In this document: positions 29,514 through 40,048 of the stretch, in pieces
How positions within the stretch are numbered: position 1 is the stretch's first letter
Layout of the letters: the number at the start of each line of letters is the position of its first letter
Origin: Candidatus Multivoradales bacterium
GTDB taxonomy: Bacteria > Acidobacteriota > Thermoanaerobaculia > Multivoradales > Multivoraceae
Assembly: GCA_965223325.1 (NCBI GenBank)
Contig: CBDCWI010000002.1
Coordinates: 672,001-736,000, forward strand
DNA: 64,000 nucleotides
Direction of reading: 5' to 3'
Notes under the pieces: generated by a model
The model's input: the letters and a program-made list of their open reading frames with translations, nothing else
Databases searched by the model: none
What the model was told of the DNA's origin: nothing
Made by a program: the position numbers and the translations under genes

Positions 29514-29975
29514 TCAGACGCCGCCCATCTTGCAGACGATCTTCCATTCTCTCGGGGTCACGCGCTGTACAGATAGGCGCTGGCCTTTGCGCAGGAGGGC
29601 CATGCCTTCTAGATCGTCACGCTCTCGCAGCTCGGCTAGCGACACGAATCTGGGGAAGGTGCGCACATATTCCAGGTCGACCAGGAACCAGCGCGGCTTC
29701 TCCTTCGTCGCTTTGGGATCGAAGTACTTGCTCTTCTCGTCGAACTGGGTCGGGTCGGGATAGGACTCTTTTGAAACCTTGGCTAGACCCGCGACTCCGG
29801 GCGGCTTGGCGTTCGAGTGGTAGTACAGAACTCCATCGCCTAGCTTCATTTCGTCACGCATCAGGTTGCGGGCCTGGTAGTTGCGCACGCCGTCCCAGTA
29901 GGTGGTGTTATCACGCTCGAGATCGTCGATCGAGTAGACGTCGGGCTCACTCTTCATCAACCAGTACTGGGCCAT
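29514..29975 (-). CDS. EVE domain-containing protein
   Basis: YWLMKSEP, WDGVRNYQARN, YYHSN, RLSVQ. Confidence 0.93.
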   Translation of the reverse strand: MAQYWLMKSEPDVYSIDDLERDNTTYWDGVRNYQARNLMRDEMKLGDGVLYYHSNAKPPGVAGLAKVSKESYPDPTQFDEKSKYFDPKATKEKPRWFLVDLEYVRTFPRFVSLAELRERDDLEGMALLRKGQRLSVQRVTPREWKIVCKMGGV

Positions 29976-30111
29976 GAGGGCACCCTCCTCGGTGCATTCG
30001 ATGTTGGTTTCAAGAGGGAGCGCACAGGCTATCGCGTGAACACGGCGGCGTGACATCTCTCGGACTGGCCCTCGCCACAGTAGGGCCACATCGCTCTGCT
30101 AGTTTCGCTCC

Positions 30112-30567
30112 ATGGTCAGAAGGATTCTTCTCGCTCTCGGCCTCGGCAGTCTCGTCGGACTGCTGGTTGGCTGCCAGCCGTCGACCATCGTCGAATCGCC
30201 GTCGCCCGACGGCAGGTCGATCGCCTTGATCAAGAGTCATTTCGCCTTTGACGGGCCCAGCCACAGCCTGTGGCTGGCCGGGGCCGCGGGCGAGGTTCTC
30301 CTCGAACGTCTCGGTGAAGACACGCATTGGGCGAGCGACGTCGCGTGGTCACAAGATAGCGAGCTGGTTGGTTTCCTGGTTCGCGATGACCAGGTGTTGG
30401 TCTACGACCGCGACCGTGGCCGGCTGGTCGCAGACATCGAGGTGCCTGACCACACCACATCACTTCGTTCCCTGGTTGTCGAAGACGGCGCGGTGAAGGT
30501 TCGCTTCGAGGGTTGTGAGGCTGGACCCAACGGCTCGACGGACTGTGAGGCGCTCGCGAGGCGGTGA
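30112..30567 (+). CDS. Hypothetical lipoprotein (TolB-like propeller fragment)
   Basis: LVGC lipobox; SPDGRSIA, WSQDS. Confidence 0.6.
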   Translation: MVRRILLALGLGSLVGLLVGCQPSTIVESPSPDGRSIALIKSHFAFDGPSHSLWLAGAAGEVLLERLGEDTHWASDVAWSQDSELVGFLVRDDQVLVYDRDRGRLVADIEVPDHTTSLRSLVVEDGAVKVRFEGCEAGPNGSTDCEALARR

Positions 30568-31658
30568 GCGCCCTGGGTCACCACCTGAACCACTGGAGGC
30601 GAGTCAGCTGGTTTCCGATTCTGCTGGTCCTGTTCGTTCTCGGTTGCCGAGCCGAACAGCCAGCCAGGCCATCCGCAGGCGTCGCGACCTGCCCGCAGTC
30701 GTTACCCCTTCTGGTCTCGGAGGATGACCTGAGCCCTGCTCAGGTCTCTGTTGAACGCCTGGCCGCCTGGACCAAAGCGCTCTCGGCCTCGGAACTCTCC
30801 GGACGCAGCAACTATCGCGCCGAAGAGAGCGCGCGTGTCGCTCGATCGATCCGGGACGCCTTTCTTGAAACCGGCGTCGAACCGCCACCTGGCAACAGAG
30901 GCTACTGCCAGGGCATCGACTTCGAACCCGTCCTCTACAACGTCATCGGGCATGTCGGGCGATCGTCGCGCCCTGGGCGCCCGGAGAAGCCTGTGGTGGT
31001 GCTGGCTGCACACTACGACGGCCAGGGCACCACGCCGGCGGGAAAGCTCCTACCAGGGGCCGACGACAATGCCTCCGGCGTGGCCGCTCTGCTCGAGGTT
31101 GGCCGGTTGCTGTCCGAGCGCGAGCTGGCGGTTGAAGTGGTGTTGCTGGCCACTGCCGGAGAGGAGATCGGGCGGCTCGGTGCGCTGCGCTATGCCAACG
31201 CCCCGACGGTTGATCCCGCGCGCATCGAAGCGGTCTTCGCCCTCGACATGGTCGGGCGGACCACGCTGGGCGTTGGCTCGGGTCTCGGGTACCGGCTCGC
31301 GAGTCCCGGAGAGGGCGACCCGGAGGCGCAGGCGAAATGGCAGGCGACTCTAGAGCGACGCGGCCTGCCCGCCGTCGACCTGGCGGCGGCAGAGAACCCC
31401 ACGGCGGCAGATGCAGAAGCCGAACACACCGGGGACCCACGCGAGCCCGAACCTGCCAGCGAAGCCGCGGCCCTGGCGAAGCAGATGGCCGGCGCCGTGT
31501 CAGACGCCGATGCCTTCGCGGCCATCGCTCCCAGCATCCTGATCACCACCGGCCTTCACCGCGACTGGCATCAGACGAGCGACAGTTGGGAGAAGGTCGA
31601 CCCGCACCGCACTGCCGAGGTCGTGCGCGCGATGGTCGACATGATCACCAACTGGTGA
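30564..31658 (+). CDS. M28 family metallopeptidase, lipoprotein
   Basis: VLGC lipobox; AHYD, GADDNASG, GEE, LDM, HxxxD. Confidence 0.88.
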   Translation: MSALGHHLNHWRRVSWFPILLVLFVLGCRAEQPARPSAGVATCPQSLPLLVSEDDLSPAQVSVERLAAWTKALSASELSGRSNYRAEESARVARSIRDAFLETGVEPPPGNRGYCQGIDFEPVLYNVIGHVGRSSRPGRPEKPVVVLAAHYDGQGTTPAGKLLPGADDNASGVAALLEVGRLLSERELAVEVVLLATAGEEIGRLGALRYANAPTVDPARIEAVFALDMVGRTTLGVGSGLGYRLASPGEGDPEAQAKWQATLERRGLPAVDLAAAENPTAADAEAEHTGDPREPEPASEAAALAKQMAGAVSDADAFAAIAPSILITTGLHRDWHQTSDSWEKVDPHRTAEVVRAMVDMITNW

Positions 31659-31684
31659 TCTGGCTTCCTACTCTCGCCTCTGGG

Positions 31685-32785
31685 CTACTGGGCCTCGACG
31701 CGAATCCCGCCCGAGCCAGTGTCGAGGTGCACTCGAGCGTCGCCGCTACCGACGATCACCCGCGCGAAGTCGCGGCTGCTTTTCACGATACGCGCGTCAG
31801 GCGCGTCGATATGAATACCGCCGCTGCCGGTATCGGCTTCGATCTGAGCCGAGGCATCGGACGGTAAGAGGAGCGTAATCGAGCCGGAGCCGGTATCGAT
31901 CGTGAAGTCGCCGTCGCCCATTTCGGTGAGCGTCAGCTCGACGCCGCCACTGCCGGTGTCGATGGTGGCGCTCTCGGTGCTGACGTCGCGCGCCCGGACG
32001 CCGCCTGAACCGGTGTCGATCTCGAGCTCTCGAGTGCGGATCCCTGAGACCGACACCCGACCGCTGCCAGTGTCGACCTGCACATGCTGCCCGTCGACCG
32101 AGACCGCGGTGACCTGGCCACTGCCGGTGTCGATCTCGAGCTCGCCGACGATCTCCGCCACCTCGACTTCGCCCGAACCGGTATCGATCATCACCCGCCC
32201 TTCGATGTCCTCCGCTCGCACGACTCCAGCATGGGAGTCGAGCGTTATGTCACCGTCGACGTTGGCCGCCATGATGTCGCCGACACCGTGTAGCACCACG
32301 AGCTCGGCGCCGCGCGGCACTTCGACCCGCACATCGGCCCACAGGTGCTTGCCACCCCCGTGTTTGGAGACCTTGATGCGCCCGCTACCGAACACAGCGT
32401 CCATGAGCTCGGCAACAAGCCCCTTTTCCCGACGCTCCCAGTGTCGGAGTTCGAGGGTGGCGTTGCCCGCCGGGTAGACGTACCGACGGGTGTCCTTGGG
32501 AAAGACGATGCCCAGGATGCCGCGCCGCTCATCGACCTCATAGTCGATCGCACCATCTCGGTAGTCCTTCCCACCAGGAGTCACGGTCACGACGAACTCC
32601 GAGCCCGAACCGCCGGTGACGTTGATCTCGCCGATCAAGTTGCCGATCACCAGTCGGTCGCTACCGAAGCGGAACTCCTCAGCCGCGGCCGGGCCGGCGG
32701 TCAACGCCAGGGCAACAACCAGAAAGAGAGAGGCGGTAAAGACGCGCGCGAGTGGAATGCCAGGAAACAGTGTGCTGCGGTTCAT
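31685..32785 (-). CDS. DUF4097 family beta-strand repeat protein
   Basis: Signal peptide; repeated (I/V)DTGSG units about 19-21 aa apart. Confidence 0.85.
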   Translation of the reverse strand: MNRSTLFPGIPLARVFTASLFLVVALALTAGPAAAEEFRFGSDRLVIGNLIGEINVTGGSGSEFVVTVTPGGKDYRDGAIDYEVDERRGILGIVFPKDTRRYVYPAGNATLELRHWERREKGLVAELMDAVFGSGRIKVSKHGGGKHLWADVRVEVPRGAELVVLHGVGDIMAANVDGDITLDSHAGVVRAEDIEGRVMIDTGSGEVEVAEIVGELEIDTGSGQVTAVSVDGQHVQVDTGSGRVSVSGIRTRELEIDTGSGGVRARDVSTESATIDTGSGGVELTLTEMGDGDFTIDTGSGSITLLLPSDASAQIEADTGSGGIHIDAPDARIVKSSRDFARVIVGSGDARVHLDTGSGGIRVEAQ

Positions 32786-32888
32786 CTGAGGTCAGCTCCC
32801 AGTGGGTGTTTGGTCTCGTTGGATCTATAGAGACGCCAGCGCCGCGGGTTTGTTTCACTACCCCGGCGACTCGACGGCCCGCGGCAGG

Positions 32889-34046
32889 TCAGAAGCCCGG
32901 CCCGAGGGCCGTCTTGGACGCCGCGCCTTCCTCCTCGTAGACGAACCGCGGTACCAGATAGCCCGGCACCGTCGCCCGCAGGCGAGCCTCGAGAGCCCGC
33001 GCCTCCTGCCTCGGGACCTCGAAGTGGGCGGCTCCCTGAACCCGGTCGAGGAGGTGGAGGTAGTAGGGCTGCACCCCGACCTCGAGCAGGCGTTCCGACA
33101 ACCTTTTCTGGGTCTCCACCTCGTCATTGATCCCGCGCAGGAGGACCGCCTGATTGAGCAGAGTGATCCCGCGCGCGCGCAACGGCTCGAGCGCCCGCGC
33201 CACCCTGGGGCTGAGCTCGTGGGGATGGTTGGCGTGCAGGACCACCACGACCTGGAGCGGCGTACGGTCGACCCACTCGAGAAGCGCTTCGTCGACCCGC
33301 TCGGGGAGAACCACCGGGGTTCGGGTGTGGATCCGCAAGGTCTCGAGATGAGGAATGCGACCGAGCTTCTCGACCAGAGGCGCGAGCAGCTCATCGGGCA
33401 CCGTCAACGGGTCACCTCCACTCAGAATCACCTCACGCACGGACGGTGTCTCGGCGAGCGCTTCGAGCGCAGGCTCAGGATCAACGGCAAGACGGTGGTC
33501 GGCATAGGGAAAATGACGACGAAAACAGTAGCGACAGTGAACCGCGCAGGCGCCGGTCACCACCAGGAGCGCCCTGCCCGGGTACTTCCTCAGCACCCCG
33601 GGAGTCCCGTCGTGGGCGCCAGCGAGCTCACCCACCGGGTCGATGGTGAAACCAGCCACCGCCAACGTCTCCTCCTGGCGTGGCAACACCTGAAGCAGCA
33701 GCGGATCGTTCCGATCGCCCCCACGCATCTGGGCGACAAAGCCCCAGGGCACCCGCAGCGGGAAGCCATGCGAAGCAGCTGTGTCTTCCGGCAACGCCTC
33801 GAGACCGAGGGCGGTCAGCAGTTCACGCGGATTCTTGATCGCGCGTGCCAGCTCTTTCTGCCACTGACCGCGGGGCCACGAGGGCTCGGCACGGAAATCG
33901 TCACGCAGCGGGCTCGGGCGACGAACTCGAGGCGGTTTGACGGCCTCGGGGGGCCGCAGAGCCTTCTCGATGGCAGCTTCGAGAGCCGCGTCATCTTCGA
34001 AAGCCGGCGACGGCTCAGATGGCCTGTGGTTGGGAGCGGTTGACAT
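32889..34046 (-). CDS. epmB: EF-P beta-lysylation protein (lysine 2,3-aminomutase)
   Basis: [36 protein letters not shown]; divergent from efp. Confidence 0.93.
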   Translation of the reverse strand: MSTAPNHRPSEPSPAFEDDAALEAAIEKALRPPEAVKPPRVRRPSPLRDDFRAEPSWPRGQWQKELARAIKNPRELLTALGLEALPEDTAASHGFPLRVPWGFVAQMRGGDRNDPLLLQVLPRQEETLAVAGFTIDPVGELAGAHDGTPGVLRKYPGRALLVVTGACAVHCRYCFRRHFPYADHRLAVDPEPALEALAETPSVREVILSGGDPLTVPDELLAPLVEKLGRIPHLETLRIHTRTPVVLPERVDEALLEWVDRTPLQVVVVLHANHPHELSPRVARALEPLRARGITLLNQAVLLRGINDEVETQKRLSERLLEVGVQPYYLHLLDRVQGAAHFEVPRQEARALEARLRATVPGYLVPRFVYEEEGAASKTALGPGF

Positions 34047-34115
34047 GACTGGGTCTCGGGCGGCAGTGTACCGGCTCATCGTCTGGAACCCACTACCCTC
34101 CGCAGGGACTCCACC

Positions 34116-34682
34116 ATGGCTACCTACAACCACAATCAGTTTCGCGTCGGCCTCAAGGTCCTGATCGACAACGATCCGTGTGTCGTCACCGACTGCGACT
34201 TCATCAAGCCCGGCAAGGGTCAGGCCTTCACGCGCATCAAGTACAAGAACCTGCTCACCGGCCGGGTGCTCGAGCGCACCTTCAAGTCAGGCGAGACGGT
34301 CGAAGGCGCCGACGTCGTCGATACCGACATGCAGTTCCTCTACGGTGACGGTGAGACCTGGAACTTCATGAACCCGGAGTCCTATGAGCAGGTCGAAGCC
34401 AACGCCGAGACCGTGGGCGACGCTGCCCAGTGGATCAAGGAGCAGGACATCTGCCAGGTCACCCTGTGGCGCGGCAACCCGATTCTGGTCACCGCCCCGA
34501 ACTTCGTCGAGCTCGAGATCACCCAGGCCGACCCGGGCGTCAAGGGCGATACCGCGAGCGGTGGCACCAAGCCCGCTACCCTCGAAACCGGCGCGGTCGT
34601 CAAGGTCCCGCTGTTCGTCGAGCAGGGTGAGCGCATCAAGGTCGACACCCGAAACGGCGAGTACGTCTCACGCGCCAAGTAG
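34116..34682 (+). CDS. efp: Elongation factor P
   Basis: [33 protein letters not shown]. Confidence 0.97.
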   Translation: MATYNHNQFRVGLKVLIDNDPCVVTDCDFIKPGKGQAFTRIKYKNLLTGRVLERTFKSGETVEGADVVDTDMQFLYGDGETWNFMNPESYEQVEANAETVGDAAQWIKEQDICQVTLWRGNPILVTAPNFVELEITQADPGVKGDTASGGTKPATLETGAVVKVPLFVEQGERIKVDTRNGEYVSRAK

Positions 34683-34712
34683 GCGACGAGCGACTCCTCT
34701 GCCACCGGCAAC

Positions 34713-35732
34713 GTGACCGCCTCACCAGACGCAGCTGACGGGTGCGACTGGCGGCCGAGCGCCAGCCTCCTGACCCTCAGGCAGAGAGCCGAGGTCCGCA
34801 CCTTCGTACGCTCCTTCTTCGAGGACCGCGGCGTGCTCGAAGTCGAAACGCCGGCGCTCGGCCTGTGCGGCGGTACCGACCCCGATATCGAACCGCTCTG
34901 TACGGCGTTTCGTGGCCCGGGGTACGACCCGGCAGAGGAGCTCTTCCTGCAGACCTCGCCCGAGTTCGCTCATAAGCGCCTCCTGGCGGCCGGCTCAGGC
35001 CCGGTCTACGAACTCGCCCGCGTGTTCAGGAACGGCGAGCGCGGGGCACGCCACAGCCCAGAGTTCACCCTGCTCGAGTGGTACCGACCGGGCTACTCTC
35101 CTTCTGACTTGATGCGCGAGGTCGAAGAGCTGGTCGCCGGGGTCCTGGCGCTCGAGAGTTCACGCTTCGACCTGGCCGGGCCATCGGTCACCTTGACCTG
35201 GGCCGAGATCTTCGGGGAGTGTGTGGGGCTCGATCCTCATCGCGCCACGACCGCTGAGCTGGTGCGAGCGGCCGAGGAAACGGCCTCGACGACCCTCGAC
35301 GAGAAGACGGCAGGTCGCCGGACAGCTCTCCACCTGCTTTTGACCCACGTCGTCGAGCCGTCGTTTCCAAGACAGCGCATGGTGTTCTTGACCGACTATC
35401 CGGAATCCGAGAAGGCCCTTGCCCGTCTGCGCCTGGAACCCGACGGCATCGCGGTCGCCGAGCGCTTCGAGCTCTACCTCGGCGGCCTCGAACTCGCCAA
35501 CGGTTTCAACGAGCTGACCGACAGCTCAGAACAGCGCGCACGCTTCGAAGAAGACACCGCGACACGGCAAGCAGCAGGTCTCGCGACTCCGCCGATTGAC
35601 GAGCGCCTGCTGGCGGCCCTCGACGCCGGAATGCCAGCAACGTCGGGTGTCGCTCTGGGGTTCGACCGGCTGGTCATGTTGGCCACCGGCAGAAGCCGCA
35701 TCGAGGAGGTCCTGGCCTTCACTACCCCGTAG
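34713..35732 (+). CDS. epmA: EF-P lysine--(R)-beta-lysine ligase
   Basis: WRPSA, LEVETP, LQTSPEF, FRNGE, HSPEFTLLEWY, ELANGF, GVALGFDRL. Confidence 0.95.
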   Translation: MTASPDAADGCDWRPSASLLTLRQRAEVRTFVRSFFEDRGVLEVETPALGLCGGTDPDIEPLCTAFRGPGYDPAEELFLQTSPEFAHKRLLAAGSGPVYELARVFRNGERGARHSPEFTLLEWYRPGYSPSDLMREVEELVAGVLALESSRFDLAGPSVTLTWAEIFGECVGLDPHRATTAELVRAAEETASTTLDEKTAGRRTALHLLLTHVVEPSFPRQRMVFLTDYPESEKALARLRLEPDGIAVAERFELYLGGLELANGFNELTDSSEQRARFEEDTATRQAAGLATPPIDERLLAALDAGMPATSGVALGFDRLVMLATGRSRIEEVLAFTTP

Positions 35733-35811
35733 AAACTACGAGGGCTGAGCCACCGGCGCCAGAGACGGCCCCACCGTTCAAACCGTCCTGGTGTCAAACC
35801 GTCTCGGTGCT

Positions 35812-36981
35812 CTAAGTGGCGCCGTTTGCTCTGGACCGGGCTTCGTCGACCAGGCGTGCGCCTGGGAAGAGCTCAGCCAGAAGCACTGTTGCGTAGCTAC
35901 CACGTTCGAGGGTGAAGTCGAGGGTCAGAAGAGTCGGCGCCCTTTCGGAAGACTCTCCTTCGGTTTCACCTTCCGTCGCGTGAACCGACACATCGCGCAC
36001 CCGAGCGCGCACCGGCCGCCGCGTTCCCGGCAGGCGGACTCCGCGCGGCAACCGCTTACGGTCGAGCTCAGGAAGGCCGAACTCTGCCATCGCCTGCTCT
36101 TCCTCCTTTGCGGCGTCGCCTCGTGGCCGACGCATCTTGACGCCCAACATCGGTCCGGTGGCCGAGACGAGGAACGCTGCCGCCTCTTCTGACAGGTCTT
36201 CATCGATGGCCACGGTGCGCACTCCTCCGCTGCGGTGTTCGTAGACCAGATCACCGCGGCGCACTCGATCGATCGGCACTCCTGCGGCCCTGCGAATCTC
36301 GAGCACTCTGTTGAACACCGCCGCTTGCAGGGCGTTGAGGAGAAAACTCCGCCGGCGACGATCGTCGACCCGCACCGCGCCACGCAAGAGCCCGAGCGCG
36401 CGGCTCGGGTTGTCGCCGCGGGTGCCGAAACGCTGGACGCCGAAGCGGTTCTCGAAGCCACGGCGTTCGAGCTCCCGAGCTCTCGTGCTGGTGCGCGCGA
36501 GAACGCTGTCGACACTTTCCTTCGTCTCGTTCTCTTGGGTGAGCTCGACGTCGATACCGAAACGGTTTCCACAGAGGTCGCCGGGGCGAAGAGCCTGGAA
36601 GTGGCGCCCGACCTCGAGCAGAGTGACATCGGGCACATCGAAAGCCGCTAGCCGACGTTCGACATCTGGACCACCGGGGAGAGAGAACCACTGGCGAGCC
36701 AGCGAGACTCGGTCTTTGCGTCCTGCCCACGACACCTCGCCCGGCGAGACCCCCGCCGCGCGAGCGAGGTCCTTCGCCACGTCGTTGGTGTTGCAATTAC
36801 GTTTCTCGACCCGGACCCACAGGAAAGATCCTTCTCCCGACGGCGGTCGCTCCGGTAGTTCCTCGACCCGAAAGCTCTCTGGCCGGTTCCGAAACGAGAC
36901 CCGAGCGATTCCTCTGCCCACTCTGTCTCCAGCGTCAGCGCTGTTGCGGGCCGGCGGGTCTGGCATCATCTGCTTCGCCAT
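35812..36981 (-). CDS. truD: tRNA pseudouridine(13) synthase
   Basis: FRVEE, GRKD, GNRF, NRFGVQRFG, FTLERGSYAT. Confidence 0.9.
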   Translation of the reverse strand: MAKQMMPDPPARNSADAGDRVGRGIARVSFRNRPESFRVEELPERPPSGEGSFLWVRVEKRNCNTNDVAKDLARAAGVSPGEVSWAGRKDRVSLARQWFSLPGGPDVERRLAAFDVPDVTLLEVGRHFQALRPGDLCGNRFGIDVELTQENETKESVDSVLARTSTRARELERRGFENRFGVQRFGTRGDNPSRALGLLRGAVRVDDRRRRSFLLNALQAAVFNRVLEIRRAAGVPIDRVRRGDLVYEHRSGGVRTVAIDEDLSEEAAAFLVSATGPMLGVKMRRPRGDAAKEEEQAMAEFGLPELDRKRLPRGVRLPGTRRPVRARVRDVSVHATEGETEGESSERAPTLLTLDFTLERGSYATVLLAELFPGARLVDEARSRANGAT

Positions 36982-37038
36982 GAAGCAATTCCATCACGCC
37001 CACTGCCGAACAGTCCGCACCGAGAGCCCATCCCACCC

Positions 37039-37605
37039 ATGAAGTTCTCCGGTAACCCACCCTTTGACCTCGACGAGCTCTACGGGCTCTTCGGCGATCG
37101 CGCACCTGAAGGTCACGAAGTGCCGGCCGAAGAAATGCCGGCTTCTGCGCGCCGGCTCCTCGCGCACCACGACCACATGACGGTCACCCTCGAGCGTCAT
37201 CACGGTGGCCCGGTGGAACTCGACCCACTCGATGTCGTCGAAGAAGGCATGCTGTACGCGCGACGCATCCTGTTGCGGCGTCCCAGCGATCGGGTGGTGA
37301 TGTTCGGAGTGATGCGGTTCGACCTCTCGAGTATCGAAGCTTCGCTCTGCGAGCGCATTCGAAGCGGCACCACGCCGCTCGGGCGCCTGCTGATCGACGA
37401 CGGGCGTCTGCGCAGGATCGACACCCACACGCTGGTAACCATCGAAGTCGATCGCCAGCACCGGGACTGGATGAAGCTTCGTGCTGATGACGGTCCGCTT
37501 CCGAATCGAGCCTGGGGACGCCTGGCGACCCTATCGGTGGACGGCTCGCCTGCCGTCTCGTTGCTCGAAGTGGTCCCAGAAGACGCCTACTACGAAGCGA
37601 CCTGA
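37039..37605 (+). CDS. Chorismate lyase/UTRA-fold-like protein
   Basis: LLAHHDHMTVTLE, YARRILL, PLGRLL, WGR resemble UbiC-like proteins. Confidence 0.55.
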   Translation: MKFSGNPPFDLDELYGLFGDRAPEGHEVPAEEMPASARRLLAHHDHMTVTLERHHGGPVELDPLDVVEEGMLYARRILLRRPSDRVVMFGVMRFDLSSIEASLCERIRSGTTPLGRLLIDDGRLRRIDTHTLVTIEVDRQHRDWMKLRADDGPLPNRAWGRLATLSVDGSPAVSLLEVVPEDAYYEAT

Positions 37606-37630
37606 GCCTCGCAGAACCCCTCGCCGGCGC

Positions 37631-38779
37631 TCAGCTGCGGCGTTCGAGCTCGGCGACCAGCTCGTCGCCCACCACCGCCCGGCGCCAGCCGCGAAGTTCC
37701 TCGGGCAGCCACTCGTCCTCGCCGGCGCGTGATCGCGCGATGAGTTCGGAAAGCAGGCGGCGCTGGGCGAGAAACGAAGCCGGAAGGTCATGCTCCTCGG
37801 CGGCTTTCTCGACGATCTTCTTGAGCGCCTCGATGGTGCCCTTGGCCTGGCCCGAGGCGAGACCCCTCGGAGTGCGCTTCTCGAGCGGATCCTTCATGCC
37901 CTGTGCGACCGCATCGAGAATCGCCCTGCCGCCGCGCGCGCGCTCGCTGCGACGCAGACCGCGCACCTCCTTGAGCGCCGCCAGATTGGTCGGTCGAGCA
38001 CGGGCGAGATGGATGAGCACTTCGTCAGAGGCCACGAAGTGACGCGGTAGGTCGCGGTGGCGTGCCACCTCTTCGCGCCAGTCCGAGAGCCGACGCAGCA
38101 CAGTGCACTGACGGGCCGTCAGGCGGCCCTTCTTGAGGCGTTCGAAACCCCAGGCGGGATCGAGTCGCGCTTCGGCGGTGCGACTTTGACGCTCGAACTC
38201 TTCGCGAGCCCAGGCAGTCCTACCCAGAACGTCGAGCCGTTCGGCCAGGTACTCATAGATTGGCAACAGGTAGGCGACATCGAGCCCGGCGTACTCCATT
38301 TGCGATTTCCTGAGCGGCCGAGAGAGCCAGTTCGAACGCGTTTCCCCTTTCGGGATGGCGATCCCGAAGACCTCCTTGACCAGCGCCTGATAGCCGAGCG
38401 AGTAACCGAGCCCGACCAGCGCCGCCGCAATCTGGGTGTCGAAAACGGGTCCCGGGAAGACCTCGAGGCGGTTGTGCAACACCTCGAGATCTTCACTCGC
38501 TGAGTGCAGAACCTTGACCGTTCCCGGGTCGGTCATCACCTCACCGAACGGCCGCCAATCGTCGATCTCGAGAACATCGATCAACCAGCAATCTTGTTCG
38601 TCGCCCACTTGCAGCAACCCGAGACGGGCAAAGAAGGTGCGAGTGCGCACGAACTCGGTGTCGAGTCCTATCGCCGCACTGGTACGCCAGCGTTCGCAAA
38701 GCGCGCTGCACTGCGCGTTTTCTGCCACCAACCGTGGCTTCGGCGGCGGCGGGAGTGGCGGGATGGAAGGACCACTCAC
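37631..38779 (-). CDS. rnd: Ribonuclease D
   Basis: LDTEF...LGLLQ, HSASED, FDTQIAA, YAGLDV, HRDC region, GWR; start uncertain. Confidence 0.9.
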   Translation of the reverse strand: MSGPSIPPLPPPPKPRLVAENAQCSALCERWRTSAAIGLDTEFVRTRTFFARLGLLQVGDEQDCWLIDVLEIDDWRPFGEVMTDPGTVKVLHSASEDLEVLHNRLEVFPGPVFDTQIAAALVGLGYSLGYQALVKEVFGIAIPKGETRSNWLSRPLRKSQMEYAGLDVAYLLPIYEYLAERLDVLGRTAWAREEFERQSRTAEARLDPAWGFERLKKGRLTARQCTVLRRLSDWREEVARHRDLPRHFVASDEVLIHLARARPTNLAALKEVRGLRRSERARGGRAILDAVAQGMKDPLEKRTPRGLASGQAKGTIEALKKIVEKAAEEHDLPASFLAQRRLLSELIARSRAGEDEWLPEELRGWRRAVVGDELVAELERRS

Positions 38780-39044
38780 AGGAGGAGGTTTCGCAAGGGA
38801 GGATGGAGCGCCAGAGAGAGATGGAGGGCACGAATCTTTGGAACCCGAGGTTCTGGTGCCGGGGTCGATCACCGACAAGGCCGCCACCGGTCCCGATTCG
38901 AAGGTGTCCCGGCGAGCGGCCAGGGTCACCGGGAGGCACTTCGCATCGTACAATAGGCGCTGCCCCCGACAGAAAACTCGAGTCCCTTGAGAGAAGCTCC
39001 GATGCGCAGGCGATCTGCGCCTCGACCGAGCTTGCCGAGAACCC

Positions 39045-40013
39045 ATGAAGCCCCCTATCCCACTCGTCATCCTCGGTGGTTCCGACACCGCCCCAGGACC
39101 GCGGCCGGCCTCGCCGGAGACCTCTGGGGAGGCCACCGGCCCGCGCCCCCTGACCGGTTGCAAGGGCGTCGACGTGCGGATCAACGGCCGCTGCCTGGCC
39201 GATCTGTTGATCGAACGGCTGCGCGGTCTCGGCGCCTTCGACCCAATCTGCGTCGCCGGCCCAGCCGCTGCCTATCGCGTCCTCGAGCAGCCGGTGACCC
39301 TCATCGATACCGATGCCGGCTTTGGCAAGAACATCGAGGCCGGCATCACCTGGGTGCAAGAGGAGTTTGGCAGTCGGCCGATGGCGATCGCCACCTGCGA
39401 CATCGTTCCCGACGCCGCCGAACTCGAGGCAGTGTGGCAGGACTGGCTCGACAGCCAGCCCACCGACTTGTGGTTTCCGATCATCGAGGCGCCCCACGAT
39501 CGAGACGAGCTCGGCGCTTCGGCCTGGAAACCGCGCTACCGTGTGCTACCCGAAGATGGCGGCGAGCTGGTGCCGGTCCTTCCGAGCCACCTGACCGTCT
39601 TCGACCCGGCCGGCCTACGACTCGGGTTTCTCTACAAGTTGATGGACGTTGCCTATCGCACTCGCAACCGCTCGATCACCTACCGTCGCGCGACCTTGTT
39701 TCGCGAACTCGCGTGGAACATCTTTCTCGACGACCTCAGGAAGCTGGCGACGTTTCAGGTCCCTGGCCTGTTTCTCGACATCGTGGTGTCGGGCTCGCGC
39801 GCAGCCGGGCAGCTGCGCGACCAGACCATCACTCGCGCCGGGCTCGAGAACGCACTCCGCCGCATGTTCGTCACGCGCGCCCATCGCAAGGCCTATCCCG
39901 ATCGACGCATTCGCCTGCCGATCCTGCCGGGGCTCTCACTGGCCCGCGACATCGACACTCACGAAGAAGCCGAGGCGCTGCGCCAGGTCGCAGTCGCCGG
40001 GGCCAGCAGCTGA
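39045..40013 (+). CDS. NTP-transferase (MobA-like nucleotidyltransferase fold) protein
   Basis: VILGG...K...INGR N-terminal motif, TCD, C-terminal DIDT. Confidence 0.55.
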   Translation: MKPPIPLVILGGSDTAPGPRPASPETSGEATGPRPLTGCKGVDVRINGRCLADLLIERLRGLGAFDPICVAGPAAAYRVLEQPVTLIDTDAGFGKNIEAGITWVQEEFGSRPMAIATCDIVPDAAELEAVWQDWLDSQPTDLWFPIIEAPHDRDELGASAWKPRYRVLPEDGGELVPVLPSHLTVFDPAGLRLGFLYKLMDVAYRTRNRSITYRRATLFRELAWNIFLDDLRKLATFQVPGLFLDIVVSGSRAAGQLRDQTITRAGLENALRRMFVTRAHRKAYPDRRIRLPILPGLSLARDIDTHEEAEALRQVAVAGASS

Positions 40014-40048
40014 GACACCGAGTCACCCACCCACCAACGAGTCTTCCC

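Noticed and set aside
28552-29977. Short repeated ORFs (MRLWTAIDRR...) in the array
   Set aside because: Frame changes with each 130-bp unit; no RBS or protein-like composition.
35779-35810. 16-bp imperfect direct repeat TCAAACCGTC... between epmA and truD
   Set aside because: Only two copies in a convergent gap; no supportable function.
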